64,000 nucleotides of DNA from Octopus bimaculoides (GCF_001194135.2 NC_068982.1:41176257-41240256), one strand, 5' to 3'; numbered from the stretch's first letter, positions 1 to 12,632 are shown. Numbers and translations are program-made. The notes: generated by a model not told the origin, from the letters alone.

Positions 1-48
<48 letters not shown>

Positions 49-57
49 ATGTATGTG

Positions 58-420
58 AAGGCACATGGCTCAGTGGTTAGTGCATCAAGCTTATGATCAT
101 GAGGTTGTGAGTTCGATTCCCAGACCGGGCTACATGTTGTGTTCTTGAGCAAGACACTTTGTTTTATATTGCTCCAGTTCACTCAGCTCTAGAATTGAGT
201 TGTGATGTCACTGGTGCCAAGCTCTATTGGCCTTTGCTTTTCCCTAGGATAACATCGGTGGCATGGAGAAGGGAGGCTGGTATGCATGGGCGACTGTTAG
301 TCTTCCATAAAAACAACCCTAGGTTGTGTGTTTGCTGGTGAGGCGACTTTCTGCCCAGACTTGTACCCCAGAGGGGAACCTCCTAAGTGCACCCATGGTG
401 ATTCGTAACCAACAGAGTCA
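58..420 (+). mobile_element. tRNA-derived SINE
   Basis: A-box TGGCTCAGTGG and B-box GTTCGATTCC. The head is shared with the copy at 5836. Confidence 0.8.
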
Positions 421-480
421 AGTATATAATGTACATGTGTATGTGTGTGTGAGTGTATATGTATGTTTCTTTATCTATTA

Positions 481-882
481 TCTTTTGTTTTAGTCATTAG
501 ACTGTGGCCATGCTGGGGCACGACTTTGTACAATTTTAGTTGAATGAATTAACTCTAGTACTTTTTCTTTTATAAGCCTGGTATTTATTCTATCGGTTTC
601 TTTTTTTGCCAAACCAGTAAGTTAAAGGAACATAAACAGACCAACACTAGTTGTGAAGCAGTGGTTGAAGAAAAACACAGATGCAAAGACTCATACACAC
701 ACACATAGATACACAAATATATATACGACGGGCTTCTTTCAGTTTCTATCCACCAAATCCTCTCAAGGCTTTGGTCAGCTCAAGGCTATAGTAGAAGACA
801 CTTGCTCAAGGTGCCACATATTGAGACTGAACCTGGAGCCATGTGGTTGGGAAGCAAACTTTTTACCGCAAAACCACACCTG
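481..882 (-). mobile_element. Abundant SINE family (head ggtgcaggcgtggctgtgtggtaagaagcttgcttcccaacc..., internal (TG)n)
   Basis: The same consensus recurs at about 8605-8998, 11026-11405, 11497-11995, 12058-12420, 14115-14510, 25080-25360, 25805-25925, 34730-35105, 40100-40370, 46660-46860, 50760-50940, 57510-57870, 59270-59460 and 61675-62010. Confidence 0.8.
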
Positions 883-1328
883 AAGATATCTTTATAGCTA
901 GCTTCAGTTCAGACCAGTTCTAATTTTAATATAAAGCATACACTTGTTTGCATGCATGCATGCCATTTATATTATTACATACTCTCGCTTTGATTTGTTT
1001 GGTTTTTATTAGAAAGAGCATTCAGGTGCAACACCTTTTGCAGCAAATCTTGCAAATATCACAAAAGTGGTATCAGCGTCTAATTTATGCAAACATCAAA
1101 ACAGTATGTCGAGGTAGTTTAGTTAAAAGTTATCTGGAGAAGTTACTTGTACTTCATGAACATATGCCAATGATATTGTCTGCAAACATGATGGTTTTAG
1201 TTGTAGAAGAATATAATGTGGAAATAGAAATGAATGCTGAATTACAAACTACTATGACTGGTAATTATTCAATGCCTGCTGTTTTGAAGTTCACATCTTA
1301 CTCGGGTTAGTTTGCTTAGTTGTAAATA

Positions 1329-1546
1329 TGAGGGGATGCTGAAAAGTTCCTGGTTTTGGGTAAAAAAAAATACAAGAGCATCAGTTAATTATGATTTTAT
1401 ATTCAACATATTCCCTTCAGATTCACACACTTATTGCAGCAGTCCTTTAGTTTTTCTAAGCCCTGTAAAAGAACTTGGAAGGTTGGGGCCTCCAACTAGA
1501 CTTTTCACGATACTCTTGAAGCCAGGAACTTATCAGCACCTCTTCA
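1329..1546. mobile_element. Mariner-type MITE, about 218 bp (TIR tgaggggatgctgaaaagttcctgg / ccaggaacttatcagcacctc)
   Basis: Terminal inverted repeats and TA flanks. Further copies at 6421-6641 and 54829-55048 (inverted). Confidence 0.8.
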
Positions 1547-1939
1547 TAGATTAATGAGTTAAGTACAGCTTATAGACATAAGTAGTGGTTTGGGTTCTTG
1601 GTAACAGGAAAGTGTTTTGTTACCTTAATTTGTAAAACCGAAATCCTTCTCAAGAGATTTAGGTTCAAAGAAGTGGATGCTAGCAAATTGATTTGTCTTA
1701 AACACATAAAGGGAAAAGTCTTCAGTGGTGCTACTCTGACAGAAATGGGTTGCTCATTTCGGTTTAAGTTACTTGTAATAACCAAGGAAAACAGAAGCTC
1801 TGGCTGCTCCACTGCATAAAACCTAGAAACAGTATTTGATGGCATAAAAGACAGATATATTAGACACACTCCAATCTCATAGTGCTTTTTAGTGCATTAA
1901 AGCTTATGGGAGACCCAACTTTGCATACAGGATCCCGGG

Positions 1940-1970
<31 letters not shown>

Positions 1971-2032
1971 GAGACTTTATTTTTCTTAAGTGTATCTTAT
2001 ATACCAGTCCTGATACAAAAGATACTTGATTG

Positions 2033-3762
2033 TTGTTTCAAATTGTGAGTTGTCACAATTCGAATAAGTTAATGATCTTAGATTGGTCGGTAAATTTGGA
2101 TGGAAATTTCAGCATCTAATTTCCATAAAATATTCAAAATTACACTGGTTTTCTCTGTTGAATTAAAGCTGAAAATAAACTGTTTATTGAAGTCTGTAAC
2201 CACAACTCAGTACCTCATTTGTTTAACATACTATAGATATGTACTGTCTAAGAACAGATGTTTAACATATAAAGGAAAGTTGATGCAGTAACTATACAAA
2301 CACATTTTTAATAAGAAAATGCTTTTTTCTTTTACTTTAATTTGTTCCTTACAGATGAAGTTAGTCATATACAGTAAGTTCATCAGAAGAACTTCTGTGC
2401 ATTCTGTTATTAGGTTGCTATTTGGCTCTGTGATGTTCTTCCCCTTTACCACCACCATTTACACAATGCAATACAGCTCTTCTGTTACTTGACTTTTCAA
2501 TATTTCTGTGTAATTTATTATGTTGAATATGCATCTACTGTCGTTCAGCTTCTCAATATCCTTCATATTTAAGATTGTTAAGTGTTTCAAATTGTGAGTA
2601 GTTACAATTCAAATTATGTTAATGGTCTTAGATTGGTCAGTGGTTTTGGATAGAAGTATGAGCATCTAATTTCAGTAGCAGTTACATTTAATCTATACTA
2701 GCTTTGAAAGGCCATTGTTTTCTGTCTAATTATTTATGTTTATATTTGCAGCAAGTCTGCACAACATATGGCTGCTTACTACATATATGACTTGCTAAGG
2801 TTTTCTGTCACAGCTAAAGATACATTTTGTTTGTGGAGGGAGGGAGTAGTAGTAGTTAAAATTGCTGGTGTAGAGGAGACAACATTCTTATATGCATACA
2901 GTTTTGAAAATAAAAATTAAAAGTCACTCTTCTGTTTATGTTTTTTTATTTGTTTGTTTTTTTCTTGTGATGTATAATTAAAATTGAAAATATTCGTTTA
3001 TTTAGAAATCTACTGTGGCTTTTTCTTTAAAATAGTGTGGTCCTTGTTACTTTCCAAGTGATGCAGGCCTGTTCTACAGTATGGCTTCTCTCCAAACATT
3101 ACTGGAATAACTGCTGACATCCTTTTACTGTGGTTCAATAAGTAAAAGCAAGTGATAAATCATAAATACTCCTAAAGTGAAATATCTATTATTAGGTAGA
3201 GCCGCACAAAACGAACGTCAAATCAAAGCGAATCTATATAGACGATGTAAACTATAGATAATATAAGTTAAGCTAGTACTAATAAGTATCCAGTCAATAC
3301 CTGCTTTACACTTGACTTCCATAAAATATTCAATATTACACTGGTTGTCTCTGATGAATTAAAGCTGAAAATAAATTGTTTATTGAAATCTATAACCACA
3401 ACTGAGTACCCCATTTGCTTAACTATAGATATGTACTGTCTAAGAACAGATGCTTAACCTATAAAAGAAAGTTGATGCAGTAACTATACAAACACATTTT
3501 TAATAAGAAAATGCTTTTTTCTTTTACTTTAATTTGTTTCTTACAGATGAAGTTAGTCATATACAGTAAGTTCATCAGAAGAATTTCTGTGCATTCTGTC
3601 ATTAGGTTGTTATTTAACTCTGTGATTTTCGTCCCCTTTACCACCACCATTTACACAATGCAATACAGCTCTTCTGTTACTTGACTTTTCAATATTTCTA
3701 TGTAATTTATTATGTTGAATATGCATCTGCTGTTGTTTAGCTTCTCAATATTCTTCATATTT
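2033..3762. repeat. Interrupted local tandem duplication A-B-A'-[646 bp]-B'
   Basis: A 2033-2122 is similar to A' 2583-2673. B 2123-2570 is similar to B' 3320-3762. ORFs 2231-2458 and 3459-3650 are near-identical. Confidence 0.9.
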
Positions 3763-5835
3763 GTTCGGGCCATCTGTTTTAGCAGCTAAATGCTCCAGTA
3801 CAGTTCCATTCAATAAGACTTAGAAGTATGTGTTATGTTAAGAAATAACCTGTTGTCTCAGGTACAGCACTTTCCTCCTACCACACCACACCACACCCTT
3901 GTGTGCTGTGATTAGATTTTTAATCTCTTTCTGTTGACAGTGCTACAGTCAACTGGAAGTCAAAACTAGCTTTCAAGATTACACTCAGTGTTTAATCCTT
4001 TTCATACCAACCTCACTGAAACCACCTCAGATTCTATGATATAACCTTCCTGTTTAGAGGGATCTAAATTAAAATCTATTAACTTTTTTTTTTTAATTTA
4101 AGTCTCAAATACCAGCATAATAATGAGCCGTTTTACTAAATTCTTCATTACTTTCGAAATTAATTAAAAGAAAGGTAGTTTTTATTTTAACAAAAATATG
4201 GTAACAAAAGGGTTAATGTTACATCTACCGTGCAAGAATTTCATTCCGTGTCAGCTGGTATAAAATTAAGAATGAGGGACTATAATTGTCATACAACTTA
4301 AGTACATGGATTATATTTAGATAATCTCATATTCAGGCAACAAGTGGTGCAAAGGCACTGATTGTTGAATCTATCATTTATTATAATGTAGTAGCTGTAG
4401 CAGCAGCAGCAGTAGTAATAGTAGTAGTAGTTGTTGTTTCTAGCAATGGTCATAGTAATAGTAATAACAGTAGCATTGCTGGTGGTAATGGTGGTGCAAG
4501 TAGAGGATATTTATTGTATGAAAGGGATGTCAATGTCCTGAAATTCTCCAACTGATAACAGTGCATTTTGGCTTATAAGGCCTGGTACACGTGTAAAAAA
4601 TAAAAGCTTCAATATAACAATAGTAGATCTGTACTGTATGAAAAAGGGCAAAAAAAAGTGAACAGTGATTCATTAAATATTCAAGAATGGTCTGAAACTC
4701 AGTTATGGCAAATCATAATAACTGGTTGGACAACTATTTCGATATGAATGGCTGGTTGTAATAACAGGAATTTAAGCAGATAAAAATTGAGAATAATGAA
4801 AGGATTCACTTCCTGATAAAGTAAGGTAGGACAGGAAAGAGGGTTTGGATGCTACAGAGCGAATCATAGAGATACAATTTTACCTAAGCAATACACACAT
4901 GCACACACACACACACACACACACACACTGTGTATGTGTGTGTGTATATATGTGTGTGTATGTATTACACTCACATATGTGCATGCACATGCATTTAAAA
5001 AGAAACTTTTTAATATTTTTTAAATAAGTTCTTTGCTACAGCCATTACAACAGGTTTTGCTCTTTGGAGCTGACTGGTCCTGTGCATGAGTGCCTGTTGC
5101 ACAAGACCAGCTAACTCCAACGAACAAAGGCCATTGTAGAAACAGTAGAAAAGGTAGTGAGAGGGGATAGTATGCTTATGGGTCAGAACCAGGAATGTGT
5201 CTGTATGTCTTGCTGCACCTACAGTAGCATCCCAAATGTGGTTTAGTTTAAAGAAATATCCCTTACAAAAGTCATACTAGAAATGTGATGCGTTCAATAT
5301 CTAAGCCGCATGATATCCAAGCTAACTTTACCTTCAATTAATTTTACTGCAGCTCTTTCAGCTATTTGCTATTGTTTAGACCAGAGCTAATCACCTGGCC
5401 ATGAGAACATTTCATTCAATCTGCTGTTGGCCATCAAGGATATGTAGGCTTACAATCAGCATAGATAATCTAGCAATAGCTTATTGAGGTTTTGTCTCAC
5501 AGTAGATTGAAAATGACTGAATGGAAAATCAATAATTCTCCTAATGTCAAAATGGTTCCCAAATTTCTTTATCGAGTTAGCTACTTATCTGTTATGCAAT
5601 GATGGTTATTCCCTCTATCGAAATGGTTACTGCTGACTTGCGTGAGGAGTTTGCTGCTATTTATCTACTTATATTGAAATGTTTACATTCTGTCATTGTC
5701 AGAATGGCTACTGTTTCTTTGTCTAGATTAATGTCATCATCTAAGTCAAAAGAAACCACACACAGATTTCTGATTAAACAATCTTGTTGAACTTTGGTAA
5801 ATGGCCAGGATGGGATTATGCATTATTATTATTGT

Positions 5836-6226
5836 GGAGGCACAATGGCCCAGTGGTTAGGGCAGCGGACTCGCGGTCATAGGATCGCAGTTTCGATTCC
5901 CAGACCGGTCATTGTGAGTGTGTATTGAGCGAAAACACCTAAAGCTCCACGAGGCTCCAGCAGGGGATGGTGGAGAACCCTGCTGTACTCTTTCACCACA
6001 ACTTTCTCTCACTCTTACTTCCTGTTTCTGTTGTGCCTGTAATTCAAAGGGTCAGCCTTGTCACACTGTGTCACGCTGAATGTCCCCGAGAACTACGCTA
6101 AGGGTACACGTGTCTGTGGAGTGCTCAGCCACTTTCACATTAATTTCACGAGCAGGCTGTTCCGTTGATCGGATCAAATGGAACCCTCGATGTCGTAAGC
6201 GACGGAGTGCCAACAACAACAACAAC
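5836..6226 (+). mobile_element. Well-preserved tRNA-derived SINE with (AAC)n tail
   Basis: A-box TGGCCCAGTGG, B-box GTTTCGATTCCC, retained CpGs and an (aac)5 tail. Its 3' half recurs at about 21605-21820. Confidence 0.85.
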
Positions 6227-6420
6227 ATTATTATCACAAGTTTATTTTCCCCTTCATTGTCTTCTGTTTAGATGTTCTGGTCAATGTGCATATTAAGTGA
6301 TGCCCATGGTGTACCTAGAGAAGAATTTTCAGTTGAATTCTGTTGAATACTCTTCCCATTTATATAGTATGTACACATGCACATGCGCATGTGTGTGTGT
6401 GTGTAAATGCAAGAAATATG

Positions 6421-6641
6421 CAAGTGGCTGCTGAAAAGTTCCTGGCTTTGAGTAAAAAAAATACAGGAAGATCAATTAATTATGATTTTATGTAACATAT
6501 TCCCCTCTCAGATTCACACACTTATTGCAGTCGTCCTTCAGTTTTTCTAAGCCCTATGAAAGAAGCTCAGAATATTGGGTGTCCAACCAGACCTTGCATG
6601 ATACCTTTAAAGCCAGGAAGGAACTTTTCAGCACTCCCTTG
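6421..6641. mobile_element. Second copy of the 218-bp mariner-type MITE
   Basis: Co-linear similarity to 1329-1546. Confidence 0.75.
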
Positions 6642-7010
6642 TACTGTAATTTATGTCTATATTCCAAAAGAGACACTATTTGAATACCTGCTACTAAAAA
6701 CTTATGATACATAAAGAGAGAATGAGTGTGCATGAGAGATACGGACAGACAGAAAGGGAGAGCTTTCTTCCATCAGCATGATTCCAGTGATTTAAAACAG
6801 AAATGAAGCATGTAATAACTGTAATGTTCATGATGGTTAATCAAATTGAATTATTATTTATGGTGGACTTGCTAGTGTATTTGACGGTCACATATATTGT
6901 TACTCGGCCTACCAGTGTGTGTGTGTGTTGAGATTTTTTATTTCATTTTAGTTTGTTTTGTTTTTTTTTTATTTTTAAAACTTTACTTGGAAAATCCAAT
7001 ATATTTTCAG

Positions 7011-7128
7011 AGCAAAAAGATATTCGGCAGAAAAAGAAGCATCTGCAGCTACAGTTGAAGCATGAAGAACAATTGGTTGCAGCTGCAAAGACTTGGAACA
7101 GTGAAGTTCTTCCAAACTGGGAAATTAC
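7011..7128 (+). CDS. TBC1D14: TBC1D14/TBC1D12-like Rab-GAP, first coding exon visible in window (EQKDIRQKKKHLQLQLKHEEQLVAAAKTWNSEVLPNWEIT)
   Basis: ttttcag acceptor and gtaagt donor. Translation resembles the vertebrate TBC1D14 coiled-coil/WNNEILPNWE segment. Entry phase 1, exit phase 2, matching the next exon. No upstream constitutive exon was found in the window. Confidence 0.92.
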
Positions 7129-7264
7129 GTAAGTTTTCAAGTTTCATTTAAATCTTATATATATATATACATACATAAAGTATCTGGTAAATGGTTTTTA
7201 ATTTCATTTGAAAATATCAAATAGATTTGTATAATATATTAATTTCTCTTGGTTTTTTGGGGGG

Positions 7265-7505
7265 TTGTTTTAATTTGAAAGAGGATTAGTGGAGGAAAAG
7301 TACAACAATGATCTCCGGGAAACATTGGGCATCAAAAAAGATCAGCTGGTTGCTTTTTTCCAGAAAACTTTCAGGCTAGGACCAATGGATAATTTCCAAA
7401 AATCTCTGGCCTGGCAGTGCTACCAGGGAGCTTTGCCTGTTCGGGATAAACTTTACAAGCATAGAAGTGCTGTCAGCCAAGCATGTCTGAGATGCATGCA
7501 GGACG
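7265..7505 (+). mobile_element. L1/Tx1-type LINE ORF2 C-terminal (zf-RVT-like) fragment
   Basis: LAWQCYQGALPVRDKLYKH...ACLRC resembles the W...LP..xxCxxC zinc-knuckle region downstream of the RT. Confidence 0.55.
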
Positions 7506-7509
7506 ACAG

Positions 7510-7937
7510 ATGCTCAAGCTACTCACAGTAGAAAATGACCATTTTTGGTTTCAAGATGAATGATGTTCTTCCATCAGGTTAATGTTCAGCCACATACAGT
7601 GAGGATGACATTCCAAAGGCTGGAGCAGTTTGAATGGGAAATGATGCCCCACCCACCATATTTGCCGGACATTGCCCCATCTGATTATCATTTATTCTGC
7701 AGTCTTCAGAATCATTTGGACAGAAAAAAGTATGAATTCTGTAGATGAGGTCAAAACAGTACTAGAGTATTTTTTGTCATGGACAAGTAAATTTTGGAAG
7801 AAGGGCCTTGCAGATCTACCAGATAGATGGAAGAGCATTGTAGCAAATGAAGATTATATTTTAGATTAAAAAAGAACTTTATCTTAATTTTGAAAAATAA
7901 AGTATTAAAAAACCGCATTATTTATGGGATGACCGAA
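7510..7937 (+). mobile_element. Mariner transposase 3' fragment with right TIR
   Basis: HPPYLPDIAPSDYHLF (mariner HPPYSPDLAPSDYHLF motif). TIR aaaccgcattatttatgggatgaccgaa followed by TA. Confidence 0.85.
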
Positions 7938-8431
7938 TATATTGTTTAATAAATACAATATATGTTTTGATGTGCTACTATTAGTTTCATGTGCTGAGAG
8001 CATGCCAGACAGACTTTGTTAACACATCTGGTGTCCTAGCACAATCATCAGGCACTGTTGATTTTACTATCACAGGACAGTGACCTGTATGTGTGTGTGT
8101 AAAAAAGTATTCAGTACGTTCTGTAAAGTGATTGACATTAGCAAGGGCATTCAGCCATAGAAACCATGCCAAAGCAGACAGTAGAGCTTGATGCAGTCTT
8201 CTGGCTTACTAGCTCTTGTCAAACCATCCAACACATAACAGCATGGAAAACAGATGATGATGTGGTATGTATGTGTGTATGTATTTTAATGTTTGTTTTT
8301 ATGTTGAGTTACAATAAAAACAATTTTACATTGAGCTAAAGGATTACTCAATCTTTGTAGAGTACATATTATATTTTCACAAGAAGAGTGGTGACAGCGA
8401 CTTCAAAATTTGAGCCTGTTAGTTTTCATTG

Positions 8432-8477
8432 GATTGTCTGATGAAGCCTAGTAGGCTGAAACTTTGAAGTCACTGTC
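8432..8477 (+). ncRNA. Type I hammerhead ribozyme-like motif in a TBC1D14 intron
   Basis: Stem I GATTGT/ACTGTC, core CTGATGA (8438-8444), stem II AGCCT-AGT-AGGCT, GAAA (8458-8461), stem III ACT-TTGA-AGT, GTC triplet (8469-8471). Confidence 0.65.
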
Positions 8478-9719
8478 ACCACTTTTCTTATAAAAGTATC
8501 ACACACACACACACACACACACATACACACACATATATATATAATATATATATACACACACACATACACACACACACACACACACACATACACACACATA
8601 TATAGGTGCAGGTGTGGGTGTGTTGTTAAAAAGTTTGCTTCCCAATCATATGATTCTGGGTTCAGTCCCAATGCATGGCACCTTAGACATGTATCTTCTA
8701 CTATAGCCTTAGGCCAACTAAAGCCTTGTGAATGGATTTGACAGGCAGAAACTGAAAAAAGACCGTCATATATGTGTGTATACATATATGGGTGTGTGTG
8801 TCTTTGTGTCTGTGTTTGTACCCCACCACCAATGTTGGTGTGTTTACATTGTTGTAACTTAGTGTTTCAACAAAAGAGACCAATAAAATAAGTACCAGGC
8901 TTAAAGAAAATGAGTACTGGGGTCGATTACTTCTACTAAATTCCTCAAGGTGGTGCCCCAGCATGGCCACAGTCCAATGACTAAAACAAGTAAAAGGTAA
9001 AAGAGCCCAGATATTTCATGAAGGTGGTGCTCCAGCATGGCCACAGTCAAATAACTGAAACAAATAAAAGAATAAATAGTTGCTAAACTACTCTTCCCTG
9101 TACGTGTTTACATTTAAACAAAGTGCTGTATGCAGATAGAAGTTGTGTACATATGACAAGATAAAAACAACATGACCAGCAGGTGTTCATTTGTAATTAG
9201 TGGAAGCATACAGAAGGTTTGAACAGGTAAATTCCTTGGAATGTTTTTCAGTTTCAAACCTTCTGTTCCAGTCTTAGGAAATAACCAGTAAATCTAATTT
9301 ACACTTGGTATATTTTCTGCTAAACATTTTTTTATGTTTTCCAGCTTCTTTTAGTTGTGACTCTTTTAATAATCTTTTTGTTACCAAAATTATGTAGAAA
9401 TATACTGCCTTCATTGCAATTAATTTTTAAAACAATGAAGAATTTATGAAACTCAATTTGTATTTTTTAAGCTGATATCTGGAATTTTAATGGATGTTTT
9501 TAATTCAGATCAGTTGAAAACAAAGAATTTGTACCATAGAAGGAAGAGCAGTTTCAGGTGTGTTGGTATCCAAAGAGTTAGGTACCTTATGCCTAGTTAC
9601 AATGATACCTACTGCTGCTTTGAAAATTTAGCAACTACTTCATTACCATTGGCTTGCTGGCAAAATTGTTACAATATCAGACAAAATACCTAGCGGTATT
9701 TCTTCCAACCCATTACATC

Positions 9720-10330
9720 TTGAATTTAAACTCTGCCAGAATCAGCTTCGCTTTTCATCCTCCAGGGTCATCTCTATCTTTCATTCCTCCAAAGGTTGAT
9801 AAGATAAAATACCAGTCAACTACAGGGATCGATGTAATCCCCCTTCCTGTAATATTGTTGACCTTGTGCCAAAATTTGAAAAATTGTTATTGAAAGGTAG
9901 GCAAGCTGACAGAATGTTTAGCATTCTGAACAAAATGCTTAGCAGCATTTCTAGTCTTTATGTTCTGAGTTCAAATTCCACTGAAGTTGACTTTGCTTTT
10001 CATCCTTACAGGGTCAATGAAATAAGTACCAGTTGAGTACCAGGGTCAATATAATCAATTATCCCACTCTCCCCAAAGTTTCAGGCCTTGTATTATTATT
10101 ATTATTATTATTATCTAGGTAGCAAGCTAGCAGAATCATTAGCACACTGGACAAAATGCTGCTATGCAATTTCATTCATCTTTACGGTCTGAGTTCAAAT
10201 TCTGCTGAGGTCAACTTTGCATTTCAACCTTTCAGGGGTCAATAAAATAGGTACCAGTTGAGCCCAGAGGTCCATGTAAACGACCTATCCCTTCTCCTGA
10301 AATTGCTAGCATTGTGCCAAAATTTGAAAC
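9720..10330 (+). mobile_element. Cluster of three consecutive copies of another SINE family (gagctggcagaatcgttagca...ggacaaaatgcttagc...gagttcaaattc)
   Basis: Three overlapping-consensus units at about 9720, 9893 and 10116. Related copies occur at about 22860-23060, 36700-36810, 47930-48140 and 54390-54480. Confidence 0.7.
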
Positions 10331-10475
10331 AATTATTATTCATTTTTTATACTCTGTCTAGTTATTTCTTCAGACCTGTGATCAAAATTGTTCAAGCCAT
10401 GACTTTTCCATTTTTTTTATCAAGCATAGTGTTTCTAGAACTACATTATTCAATGCATCCTTCATTCATTCCAAG

Positions 10476-10512
<37 letters not shown>

Positions 10513-11781
10513 AGAGAGAGAGATAGATAGATATTAAGATGCTAGTGAGATATGATAAAAATCAAGCTGCTATTTCTTGTAGGCTGAGTGATAACATAGA
10601 AGTGTGTGTGTGTGTGTGTGTGTCCCCCCCCGTTGGCAGTTTTCTCCTCTGGTACACAATATATGATGCTAGTCCACTTTATAATTCAAGCGAAACAGCA
10701 TCAGTGTAACTTGATATTCTTGTTGGTTCAGGAAGTGTTGCTAGATAATTGTCTGAAAAAGAATGTGATACCCAGCACATCTAAGTAGTATATGACAATA
10801 TTGACAGCTGTACAACACAGGCAGATAGATGAGTTAGCAGGAGGTTACCATTGTTATTGTTGAGAAAGCTGTGTAAATAATGTTGATATATTCAATAGAG
10901 TTGATGATCATAAAGCTTCTATATAACACCAGCTGACTGGAAATACAGATAACTATGAATGGAGAGAAAATGGTTTACTTGCCTGATAGAAAGTAAAGAG
11001 AAAAATGTTAGGAAATGTTTGACATGGGTGCAAGCGTGGCTGTGTGGTAAGAAGCTTGCTTCCCAAACTCATGGGTCCCAGTTCAGTCCCACTGCGTGGC
11101 ATCTTGGGACAAGTATCTTTTACTATAGCCTCAGGTCAACCAAAGCATTGCGAGTGGATTTGGTAGACAGAAACTGAAAGAAGCCCCTCATGTGCACGTG
11201 TGTGTGTGTCAGTGTTTGTCCACCACCACCGCTTGGCAACTGGTGTTGGTGTGTTTACATCCCCCTAATCTAGCAATTCAGTAAAAGAGACTGATACAAT
11301 TAGTGCCAGGCTTAAAAGAAAAAAATAATTACTGACGTTGATTCACTCGATTAAAAATTCCCCAGTATGGGCGCAGTCTAATGACTGAAACCAAGTAAAA
11401 GAAAAGATATCATAAGACTTGGCTTAAGACAAGCAAAGAAATACATTTAATGAGTGACAAAGCAGAATTAATCACAAATATAGGAATTCTTTTATTCTTT
11501 ATTCTCTTACTCGTTTGACTGTGGCCATGCTGGAGCACCACCTTTAGTCAAACAAATCAACCATCGGACTTATTTTTTGTAAGCCTAGTACTTATTCTAT
11601 TGGTCTTTTGCCGAACCGCTAAGTTACGGGGGACGTAAACACACCAACATCATTTGTCAAGTGATGGCAGGGGAACAGACACATAAACATATACATATAT
11701 ATGTATGTATAGCGTCATACTAATACATCCTTTTGTTGTTTACACCACCTGTCCTCGTCTGTTGGTTTTTCGTACATTCTC

Positions 11782-11833
<52 letters not shown>

Positions 11834-12389
11834 GATGGGCTTCTTTCAGTTTCCGTCTAGCAAATCTATTCACAAGGCTTTGGTTGACCTGAGGCTATAG
11901 CAGAAGACACTTGCCCAAAGTGCCATGCAGTGAGACTGAACCTGGAACCATGTGCTTGTGAAGCAAGCTTCTTACCACACAGCCACGCCTGCACCTATGG
12001 GTAGATTTCAATGATATATTCATAGTATTTGATGAATATGTAATTCATTGATGTATGGGTCAGGCATGTTTGTGTGGTTTAGAAGCTCACTTCTCAACCA
12101 CTTGGTTTCAGGTTCAGTCTCACTGCATGGCACCTTAGGCAAGTGTCTTCTACCTTAGCCCAAGAGTAACCAATGCCTTCTGAATGGATTTGTTTGATGG
12201 AAATTGAAAGAAGCCCATCGTGTGTGTAGACACAGGCATGGTTGTTTGGTTAAGAAGCTTGCTTCTCAAACATATGGTTTTGGGTTCAGTCCCACTGTAT
12301 GACACTTTGGACAAGTGTTATCTATTATAGCTTGGGGCCAACCAAAGCTTTGTCTGTGGATTTGATAGACAGAAACTGAAAGAAACTCA

Positions 12390-12423
<34 letters not shown>

Positions 12424-12632
12424 GCATGTTTATATTCTTGTCACTGTCATACAAGCAGTGTTGTTTGTTTCCAGTCTTCTGTGAAAAATATATTTGGTAA
12501 TGAAGAAATATTACTTTGCGTGTAAGCAGATGAGGGTTGGTAACAGGATGGGTATCTAATCATAGAAAATCTCCCTCAATGAATTTTGTCTGACCCATGC
12601 AAGCATGGAAAAGTGGATGTTAAAATGATGAT

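Noticed and set aside
58-135. tRNA-like A/B boxes here and at 5836
   Set aside because: No complete cloverleaf, and the sequence continues into SINE body and tail. These are SINE heads, not tRNA genes.
948-1310. 120-aa ORF as an upstream TBC1D14 exon or separate gene
   Set aside because: Starts at TTG, shows no resemblance to the expected NLPAK...AKK segment, and has no matching splice signals.
3351-3380. Other CTGATGA matches (3351, 22524, 24929, 39355) as hammerheads
   Set aside because: No pairing stem II and/or no GAAA, stem III and NUH in register.
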